Source: a virus. Taken from it: a stretch of DNA of 40,882 nt. The notes under the pieces were generated by a model, which did not search any database, had not been told where the DNA came from, and saw nothing but the letters and a program-made list of their open reading frames with translations. The position numbers were made by a program, and so were the translations under genes. The stretch is from IMG/VR virus record IMGVR_UViG_3300033273_000025. One strand, given 5' to 3'. Below, piece after piece: positions 34,161-40,882 of this stretch. How positions within the stretch are numbered: position 1 is the first letter of the stretch; each line of letters starts with the position of its first letter.

Positions 34161-34370
34161 ATGCTGACGATACTAAGAAAGACTGTACGCACCCTAGAAA
34201 GCCTTGTGTTGCTTCTGGCGGCGTATGAATACCATTGCAGGGCCAACCGTGCTGTTAGCCAACTCAGGCTCCACAGTGACGCAGAACTCAAGGACATTGG
34301 TCTGCACAAGGGCATGATCTATCAGGCAGCGCACAAGGATTGCGGATGGTGTAACCGTGGTGACGGTTAG
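34161..34370 (+). CDS. DUF1127-like small protein.
   Basis: ATG 34161 after GAGAGAG. Sequence MLTILRKTVRTLESL...RANRAVSQLRLHSDAELKDIGLHKGMIYQAAHKD. The core R-x-x-x-x-x-L-x-x-L-S-D-x-x-L-x-D-I-G-x-x-(R/K) is the DUF1127 signature. The ORF-track GTG start 34071 lies in the palindrome. Confidence 0.65.
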   Translation: MLTILRKTVRTLESLVLLLAAYEYHCRANRAVSQLRLHSDAELKDIGLHKGMIYQAAHKDCGWCNRGDG

Positions 34371-34551
34371 TGCTAACGAATGCTGTGCATTGCCCGAAGT
34401 CAGGGCTGTTGTGCTGTTGATGGGTTTGGTTGTCTCTAGTCTGCTGGTGTATCTGGTGTTGACTGAGGTTGCCTCCCGATCCGTGTCGAAAAGTCATGAC
34501 CCCCAGCCAGACAAATTTCCCAAGGCTAATGTCACCGAAGTCGACCACTGA
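34357..34551 (+). CDS. Possible small membrane protein, start uncertain.
   Basis: One hydrophobic helix VVLLMGLVVSSLLVYLVL. GTG start, or an internal ATG at 34420. Confidence 0.35.
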   Translation: MVTVSANECCALPEVRAVVLLMGLVVSSLLVYLVLTEVASRSVSKSHDPQPDKFPKANVTEVDH

Positions 34552-34712
34552 TACCCCCCGCCCCCTAGTGGGATACTATATCCCCTACCAGTGAAACCTA
34601 GGAAAAACAGTAGGTTAGCAGCAGTGGCCTTGGAAAACTTTAGGTTCCCTAGCCAAAAAGCACCCCCCGCACCCTCAGAATCAACTCAATTTCAAAAAGT
34701 AGGCTAAAGGTC

Positions 34713-34729
34713 GTTGTTGTTGTTGTTGT
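34713..34729. repeat. (GTT)5 trinucleotide microsatellite in non-coding DNA.
   Basis: gttgttgttgttgttgt, read directly. Confidence 0.9.
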
Positions 34730-34813
34730 AGTCCGGCCTTTGTCAGCACAGGCCCACCTCAGACACAACTGCCTCCCCAGCCACCCCAGATAACAAATAG
34801 AGGAACGTCCGAC

Positions 34814-35323
34814 ATGGGCTTAGAAACTTCGACATACGTCAACGGATTGAACGCAAACAATCCAGCGGCAACTGATGGTCTAGCGCAAGCGGACGATCAC
34901 CTACGCTTAATCAAAAGCACCATCAAGAATACTTTTCCGAACCTAGACGCAGCAGTAACAGCGACACCCGCAGAACTGAACGTACTAGATGGAACTGACG
35001 TAACAACAGCGTCTTTGAACAAACTTGAAGACGTCATTGCTTCGGCAGAGGAACTGAACAAACTAGAAGGTACAACGGTAACGACATCAGAGATCAACCG
35101 TCTTTCTGGTGTTACAGGTGACGTACAGACACAACTGAATACCAAAGCACCTTCTGCATCCCCCACCTTTACTGGCACAGTTACACTAGGTGCCTTTACG
35201 ATCAGCGTGGGTAGCGATGGACGCTTGGACTTCAAGGTCGGTAGCACAACGGTTATGTCTTTAGATCAATCCGGCAACCTACGCGTTAAGGCAGACATTA
35301 GCGCATTTGATACCTCGGCATAA
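34814..35323 (+). CDS. Tail fibre-like protein (N-terminal fibre motif).
   Basis: GAGGAA RBS. NANNPAATDGLAQADDHLRLIKSTIKNTFPNLDAAVTATPAELNVLDG and PTFTGTVT are motifs recurrent in phage fibre proteins. Confidence 0.65.
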   Translation: MGLETSTYVNGLNANNPAATDGLAQADDHLRLIKSTIKNTFPNLDAAVTATPAELNVLDGTDVTTASLNKLEDVIASAEELNKLEGTTVTTSEINRLSGVTGDVQTQLNTKAPSASPTFTGTVTLGAFTISVGSDGRLDFKVGSTTVMSLDQSGNLRVKADISAFDTSA

Positions 35324-35325
35324 CA

Positions 35326-36060
35326 ATGGCTATCCAAAACACAGGTGTAATCAAGTTCTCACAGATACAAGGAGAGTTTGGTGGTACACATCCGATCAAA
35401 GCCTCTGAATACTATCGTAATGGGGCATATGTAACTTCTAACAACACCGAAGTTGGCACGAGTGGACGCATAGACCTAAGTGACTACTACGGTTCCCAGC
35501 GCGGACTTACCCTTGTGTACGAGATTATCGGGGGAGGGGGCGCGGGTGGCGGCGGCGTAGATGACCGCAGCGGCTCAGGTTACGGACAGTCCGGACAAGC
35601 GAGTTCCCTAAACGGCAGTGCCGGTGGTCTATCTATCAGCGTAACGTCAGCCGGAGGTGCCGGTGGTGCCAACGGTGCTATCAGTCGTCTTGAGTTCCAC
35701 GGCGGTGAAGCCTCTTACTACGGTCCCGGTGGGGCCGGAGGTAATAACCAAGCGTCAGGTGGCAACGCCCCAGCGAGTTCTCACGGAAGTGGGGGCGGGG
35801 GCGGTGGTGGAGATGCACCGGGCACCTTTGACCGTTCAGGTAACGCAGGTATCGGTGGTTCTGCCTCAGACCGTGTGACTGGTGAAGCACTATTGGTGCC
35901 CGGGACTCAAGTGACAGTAGTCATCGGCGCAGGTGGTCCTCGTAACACATACGGATACGATGGTGGCGCAGGTGCCAGTGGTTACGCACGTCTACAGGTC
36001 GGTAACACTGTGTCTGAGTACCCTAACGCTGGAACCTATACGTTTACCGTTCCCTCATAG
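35326..36060 (+). CDS. Glycine-rich virion protein.
   Basis: 244 aa. FSQIQGEFGG...ASEYYRNG is followed by long GGGGAGGGG-type tracts. Confidence 0.65.
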   Translation: MAIQNTGVIKFSQIQGEFGGTHPIKASEYYRNGAYVTSNNTEVGTSGRIDLSDYYGSQRGLTLVYEIIGGGGAGGGGVDDRSGSGYGQSGQASSLNGSAGGLSISVTSAGGAGGANGAISRLEFHGGEASYYGPGGAGGNNQASGGNAPASSHGSGGGGGGGDAPGTFDRSGNAGIGGSASDRVTGEALLVPGTQVTVVIGAGGPRNTYGYDGGAGASGYARLQVGNTVSEYPNAGTYTFTVPS

Positions 36061-36082
36061 TAAAAAATGACAGGAGTAGGCC

Positions 36083-37684
36083 ATGCCTAACTTACCAATC
36101 CGTGGGCTAGGTTCCGTTGGTGTGGTCACTGACGTTGATCCCTACAACCTACCTATCGGTGGCTTCACACGTGCTAAGAACGTACGCTTCACAGAAGGTA
36201 AAGTCACAGCGGGTCCAGTGTATCGCTCAGTTTCGGATGCGGTCACTTGGAACCCTAAGTTTTCTTACGGACTAACAGCACTGACTGGTTACGATACTGT
36301 GTTGGTGGTGGATGATACGCTTACAGTACGTGAGTTCTCTAACGGTGCCTTCGCTACGGTACACACAGGGACTCAGCAGTCCAACACCTCTGAAATCACA
36401 GCGACAACACTAGCGGACGTCGAGTACATCAACAGATCAGATAGTGCCCCGATTGCACGTACCCCCAGCGCGTCTTTGTTTACTGCGTTGGCTAACTGGC
36501 CTTCTGGAATGACTACGAAGTCACTGCGGTCCTATGGCGACTTTTTGCTTGCGCTGGGTACTGTAGAGTCAGGGGTATCTTACCCTAACCGTGTGCGGTT
36601 TTCTGATCCAGCCTTGGCGAACCAAGTGCCCTCTACGTGGGACGAGACTGATCTAACGAACTCTGCGGGTTTCAACGACCTAGTACAGATGAAGACACCT
36701 ATTATCGACGGTGCAACTCTAGGCTCAAACTTCCTTGTGTATTCACAGGATCAGGTTTGGATGATGGAGTTTGTCGGCGGTACGTTCATCTTTAACTTCC
36801 GTAAGGTCTTTGACGATGCGGGGGTAATCAACAAGAACTGTATCGTGGAGATCGAAGGTAAGCACTATGTGTTTGACCGTGACGACATCTACGTGACTGA
36901 TGGTAACTCACGTCACTCAATCTGTGACGGACGTGTCCGTGAGTACATCTTTGGCGGTATCGACTACAAAAAGTCTGACCAGTGCTTCGTGATGCACAAC
37001 ACAGAACTTGAAGAGATTTACTTCTGCTACCACACAGGCGATGACATGGTTGTGTACGCAGACGGTGACGCTTGTAACCGTGCAGCAGTCTACAACTACA
37101 AAGATGACGTCTGGACGTTCCAAGACTTACCGAATGTTGTCTCAGGTGCCACAGCAAACGTGAACTCTGTTATTTCATACGCAGACGCTACGCAGACTTA
37201 TGCGACTGTTGGTGGTTCGTACCACGATCAGGAAAGTGAATACACACGTCACCCACTCATGGTGTCCTCTGTAGGCGGTGGTGTAACTTCTGCCAAAATC
37301 TACGGTTTGGACCTAGTGGACAGTGGTTCTCTGTCACAGGAGATTGATACGACTGTATCTCACGCACCATTCCTAGAACGTGTGGGTATTGATCTTGATG
37401 AACAAGGTATTCCGCTTAGTGGGTACAAGGTTATAACAAAAGTTCTACCACAGATCACAACGCCTAACTCTGACGGTAACTTCCAGTTCACTTTTGGTTC
37501 TGCAATCGTACCAACAGGTACGCCAAACTACGGTTCTGACGTCTCATTCGATGCGCTGTCTGCCTACAAGGTGGATACACGTATGTCTGGGCGGTACTTA
37601 TCTTACAAACTGACGAGTGACACACTCAAAGACTTTGCTTTCTCAGGCATGGACGTGGAGGTGGTGGTCACTGGTCGTAGGTGA
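36083..37684 (+). CDS. Virion structural protein. A tail, nozzle or tubular role is suspected from position only.
   Basis: AGGAG RBS. 533 aa starting MPNLPIRGLGSVGVVTDVDPYNLP. Confidence 0.65.
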   Translation: MPNLPIRGLGSVGVVTDVDPYNLPIGGFTRAKNVRFTEGKVTAGPVYRSVSDAVTWNPKFSYGLTALTGYDTVLVVDDTLTVREFSNGAFATVHTGTQQSNTSEITATTLADVEYINRSDSAPIARTPSASLFTALANWPSGMTTKSLRSYGDFLLALGTVESGVSYPNRVRFSDPALANQVPSTWDETDLTNSAGFNDLVQMKTPIIDGATLGSNFLVYSQDQVWMMEFVGGTFIFNFRKVFDDAGVINKNCIVEIEGKHYVFDRDDIYVTDGNSRHSICDGRVREYIFGGIDYKKSDQCFVMHNTELEEIYFCYHTGDDMVVYADGDACNRAAVYNYKDDVWTFQDLPNVVSGATANVNSVISYADATQTYATVGGSYHDQESEYTRHPLMVSSVGGGVTSAKIYGLDLVDSGSLSQEIDTTVSHAPFLERVGIDLDEQGIPLSGYKVITKVLPQITTPNSDGNFQFTFGSAIVPTGTPNYGSDVSFDALSAYKVDTRMSGRYLSYKLTSDTLKDFAFSGMDVEVVVTGRR

Positions 37685-37689
37685 TCAAC

Positions 37690-37968
37690 ATGTCTCTATC
37701 AGATAAAATCAATCTACTGGTGTCGCGCTATGCGCGGCGTCAGACGCCTCGTCTCGAAGACAACTTAGGTCCGTATATACAGGACGAACTACGAGAAATT
37801 GAGGCTTCAATACGTTCTTTGGCAGAAGCCTCGGTGCAAGTAGCCGACAGGGAACCTGAAGGTGTCCGTAGAGGCATGATCAGGTACGCAGTTTCACCTT
37901 GGAACCCCCTAGGCAACGGTACAACCGGCCTTGTCGTGTACAATGGCACGGCTTGGGTAGCCGTATAA
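37690..37968 (+). CDS. Small virion-module protein.
   Basis: ATG 37690 after AGGTGA. The ORF-track GTG 37681 is an alternative (GTGA overlap). Confidence 0.55.
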   Translation: MSLSDKINLLVSRYARRQTPRLEDNLGPYIQDELREIEASIRSLAEASVQVADREPEGVRRGMIRYAVSPWNPLGNGTTGLVVYNGTAWVAV

Positions 37969-37989
37969 TCACAAAAGAAGGATATTCAT

Positions 37990-39039
37990 ATGTGGGGCGC
38001 AATTATTGGCGGCGCAATGGGCCTAATGGGTGCCAACAAGCAAGCCAAAGCACAAGACAAAGCAACTGAAGCAGCAATGGCTGGCTTCAACCAGTACAAA
38101 CCATACGTTGACGCGAACCTAAAAGGTGCATCCGGTGCCTTGGACGGTGTTCTAGCGACTGGAGCCTACTCAGGTCCAACTTACGCTGGTCCAAACGAGT
38201 TCCAGACAGGCACAGCGAACACTATGGGCAACATCGGTGGCAATATGATCACCGCTGGCAACAATATGATGAACAATACGAACTCGTTTGGTAACAATGC
38301 CAACGATTTGTATTCTCAGTTCCAAGGTATGGCGGCAGATGCACGTCAGGACCGCCTAAATACAGCGATTGACTACGCAGCAAACAACGGACAAGCCCTT
38401 GTTGACGCTGCAATGCGCGATGATCGCCGTAATCTACAAGAAAACACGCTTACAGGCATTGATCTGGCGGCCTCTGGCTCAGGAAACATGAACTCTAGCC
38501 GTGCTGGTGTCGCAGAAGCCGTTGCACAACGTGCTTACGATGACCGCCGCGCTGATGTAGCCGCCGGAATCCAAGATCGTTTGATTGACCGCAGCCTTGC
38601 ACAGCAAGCACAGCAGTTCTCAGACCAAGGTACAGCCCTAAATGCAGCCACAGGTGCGAACAACAACCTAATGGCAGCATACAACACCGGCATGAACACG
38701 CTAGGTGAGGGTGCGAACTTCGGTATGAACGCAGGTAACACTCTGCAAGGGTTCGATCAGGCACAAATGAACGCGAACATGAACGACTTTAATCGTTTGC
38801 GCGACTTTGAACTGGATAAGCGTATGCAGTACCAGTCTGGTATCTTAGGTCAGGCACCACAGCAGATGGGTCAGATCAGTTCTACCGCTGTAGACCCCAT
38901 GCAGGGTGCGCTTGGCGGTGCGATGCAAGGCTTCGGATTCCAACAAAAGTATTTCCCGAATGGACTTGAGATCAACGGCAACGGAAGCATGTTCAACGGA
39001 TTGTTTGGCGGCGGCCCAGGACTAGGGAGTTTTAGCTAA
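37990..39039 (+). CDS. Internal virion-type protein rich in Gly, Asn, Met and Gln.
   Basis: GAAGGA RBS. N-terminal glycine-zipper-like MWGAIIGGAMGLMGA. Low-complexity N/Q/M/A-rich body. Confidence 0.65.
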   Translation: MWGAIIGGAMGLMGANKQAKAQDKATEAAMAGFNQYKPYVDANLKGASGALDGVLATGAYSGPTYAGPNEFQTGTANTMGNIGGNMITAGNNMMNNTNSFGNNANDLYSQFQGMAADARQDRLNTAIDYAANNGQALVDAAMRDDRRNLQENTLTGIDLAASGSGNMNSSRAGVAEAVAQRAYDDRRADVAAGIQDRLIDRSLAQQAQQFSDQGTALNAATGANNNLMAAYNTGMNTLGEGANFGMNAGNTLQGFDQAQMNANMNDFNRLRDFELDKRMQYQSGILGQAPQQMGQISSTAVDPMQGALGGAMQGFGFQQKYFPNGLEINGNGSMFNGLFGGGPGLGSFS

Positions 39040-40625
39040 TGTGGCAACAACTTAGTAACAACCCACTGTTCCAGTCGTCAGCCTTTGGCAGTTACATGAC
39101 TGAGGACCGCTACAATGCTCTTGATCAGAACACAAAAGACTTTCTTGCGCGTACTTATGTCAACAATGGTGCGCCGGTCCCAACAGTCAAACCAGAGCCA
39201 GAGGTCACACCTGAACCACAGGTAGACAACAACCAAGGCTTTGTGCCGGTAACTGTAAACGCAGGTCAGTCAAACTCAGCATCCCTTTTGTACAATCCAC
39301 AGACAGGTGGTGTACGTGCAAACGGTATGGCTGGTGAGATTCTGTTGCAGAACGAGAAACTTGCACAAGAACTCGCACGTGATGCCTATAACCAGTCGTT
39401 GCAGCAGCCGGTGAAAGATGCAGCACAGAAGATGAAGACAGCCGAGGGTATTCTACAGAATGTCCCGGGCGACCCTTCTGGCGATCTGATCAAGGTGTAC
39501 AACGATGCTAAGTCAGGACTTGCAGCAGCACAGGCATCAGCAGATCAAAACTACAGTGCCCCTGATGCAGTCACTATGGTTGGCAGCCGTATTCTACCAC
39601 AGACTACAACCCCAACTATGACTGGACTAGAAGGCCAAGAGTTCACTCGTCCTGTGTTAAATACAACGGCACCTGTTGAGCAATCGCCAACGGCACCGGT
39701 ATTGACACAGCAGCCTGACAACTTCTTGGACATGGAAGCACAGTACAGCGGCAGTCCTTCGCTACTACAGGACAAACCTGTTCTTGTAGACACCACACAG
39801 CCTACGACCCCTACAACTACCACTGAATCCAAGCCTGTTCTGAAGTCAGGTGGTCAGGGACGTTCTACAGGCGCACTGAGTGCAGGTAGCATCACAAGTT
39901 CATCTGGTCCTAAGACAAGTAACGCACGTGGTTCTATGATGCCACAGATGCTTATTGATCGTAACGAGGCATTGATCCGCATTGGCGGTGCTATGTACTC
40001 AGGTGCGCTCAAGGGCGATGGTATCGGGGCAGCGACACAAGAGTACGGACGTATCCAAGACGCTAACCGTGAACAAGCACGTAAAATGGCTGAAGCGGAA
40101 CAGAAGCGTAAACTTGAAGAGGCCAAACTACGTGCAGCACGTGCAGGTGGTGGTAAAGGTTCCTCAAAGTTGAACAAAGATGACCGTGAGTTACTGACTG
40201 CAACTAGCGATGCTATGTTCAACTACGAGAAAGCACTACAAGCACTACGTGACAGCCGTGCAGCAGGTGGTAACTTGACTGGTCTAGGCGGTATGGCGAA
40301 GTCCCTGTTTGATAACTTCACAGGTGACGAGGATGCAGCAAGACGTCTTATCCTACAACGTGTGAAAGTAGATGATGCACTTCTACGTGTTGCGGAAACT
40401 AAGGGTGCTATCTCTAACGCTGAGATGCAGTTGTTCTTGGCCCCAGCACCGAAGAACTGGCAAGACGAGTCTGTGTGGGAACAGTGGTTGTTAGACCGCA
40501 TGGAAGCCCTACAGCGTGTCGAGCAGCGATTGACTCAAGGTTCTACCGTACCTTTGAATCAACGACCAACAGGTTCTACAGCATCAGGACTGTCTGACGA
40601 AGACTTGGCCTATATCAATAATTAG
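39039..40625 (+). CDS. Internal virion-type protein.
   Basis: TAATG overlap. 528 aa with P/T-rich linkers and a coiled-coil-like K/E/A-rich segment. Confidence 0.65.
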   Translation: MWQQLSNNPLFQSSAFGSYMTEDRYNALDQNTKDFLARTYVNNGAPVPTVKPEPEVTPEPQVDNNQGFVPVTVNAGQSNSASLLYNPQTGGVRANGMAGEILLQNEKLAQELARDAYNQSLQQPVKDAAQKMKTAEGILQNVPGDPSGDLIKVYNDAKSGLAAAQASADQNYSAPDAVTMVGSRILPQTTTPTMTGLEGQEFTRPVLNTTAPVEQSPTAPVLTQQPDNFLDMEAQYSGSPSLLQDKPVLVDTTQPTTPTTTTESKPVLKSGGQGRSTGALSAGSITSSSGPKTSNARGSMMPQMLIDRNEALIRIGGAMYSGALKGDGIGAATQEYGRIQDANREQARKMAEAEQKRKLEEAKLRAARAGGGKGSSKLNKDDRELLTATSDAMFNYEKALQALRDSRAAGGNLTGLGGMAKSLFDNFTGDEDAARRLILQRVKVDDALLRVAETKGAISNAEMQLFLAPAPKNWQDESVWEQWLLDRMEALQRVEQRLTQGSTVPLNQRPTGSTASGLSDEDLAYINN

Positions 40626-40634
40626 AGGTAAGAG

Positions 40635-40882
40635 ATGGCTGAATACACCATTGAAGACTATAAACGTGGAGCGAGAGCCGCACACGCCGCTGGTGACATA
40701 GAGGCTGCAAAACGTCTTATCGCAGCGGCTAGGGCACTCGAAGGTACTCAGTCAACACCCTCACAACCAGACGAAAGCCTAGGCGGTGCCCTTGGCTACG
40801 GTGTGGACAATGCCCAAAAGATGCTTGGTAAAGGTATCCAAGGTGTCGGTGAACTTACCGGCATGGAGGGTGTTGAGCAGTA
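40635..40882 (+). CDS. N-terminal part of the junction-spanning large internal virion protein. It continues at base 2 and gives 1124 aa in the circular molecule.
   Basis: ATG at 40635 is preceded by GAGGTAAGAG and is open to the window end. Base 40743 equals base 2 and is in the same codon phase as the ORF listed 62..3268. The N-terminus reads MAEYTIEDYKRGARAAHAAGDIEAAKRL. Confidence 0.8.
   Translation, partial: MAEYTIEDYKRGARAAHAAGDIEAAKRLIAAARALEGTQSTPSQPDESLGGALGYGVDNAQKMLGKGIQGVGELTGMEGVEQ
40742..40882. repeat. Terminal exact overlap, copy 2 (identical to 1-141).
   Basis: Same 141-nt string as the window start. Confidence 0.95.

Overview
**Overall.** The window is one complete tailed-phage genome given as a circularly closed contig. 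Bases 1-141 repeat exactly at 40742-40882, so the unit is 40,741 bp. One large ORF reads across the junction (ATG 40635 to stop 3268).

**Layout.** Two gene blocks diverge from a control region at about 33.7-34.1 kb. They converge on an ORF-poor, A+T-rich region at about 18.6-19.2 kb.

**Minus-strand block (33706 down to 19157).**
- small early ORFs
- tyrosine integrase
- T7-type single-subunit RNA polymerase
- T7 gp2.5-like SSB
- gp3-like endonuclease I
- gp4-like primase-helicase
- winged-helix protein
- MazG
- family-A DNA polymerase
- gp6-like 5'-3' exonuclease
- DUF3310-like protein
- single-chain ribonucleotide reductase

**Plus-strand block (33927 through the junction to 18560).**
- DUF1127-like small protein
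- fibre-like and Gly-rich structural proteins
- three internal-virion-type proteins, the largest carrying HExxH
- small and large terminase
- portal with a long C-terminal coiled coil
- scaffold
- SU10/HK97-type capsid protein
- adaptor
- two collagen-repeat fibre proteins
- an accessory cluster with two 2OG-Fe(II)-oxygenase-like paralogs and a fibre-assembly-chaperone-like gene
- a lysis cassette (GTA-type 3TM holin, GH108-type endolysin)

**Non-coding signals read directly from the sequence.**
- Three copies of a 23-nt T7-like promoter (TGACTTnTGTCCCCCTATWG). One sits in front of the RNAP gene itself.
- Tetraloop hairpin terminators share the tail CCCCTTTTTCTATT.
- A 59-nt 3' fragment of a tRNA-Tyr(GUA)-like sequence is a candidate attP.
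- GTGAC/GTCAC and TGTGCCC repeat sets lie in the control regions.

**Host.** The holin type and the DUF1127 gene point to an alphaproteobacterial (Rhodobacterales-like) host. This is inference only.

**Limits.** Many ORF-track starts were moved to internal starts that have Shine-Dalgarno motifs and stop/start overlaps (ATGA, TAATG, GTGA, TTGA). All family assignments are by eye from motifs; no searches were run.
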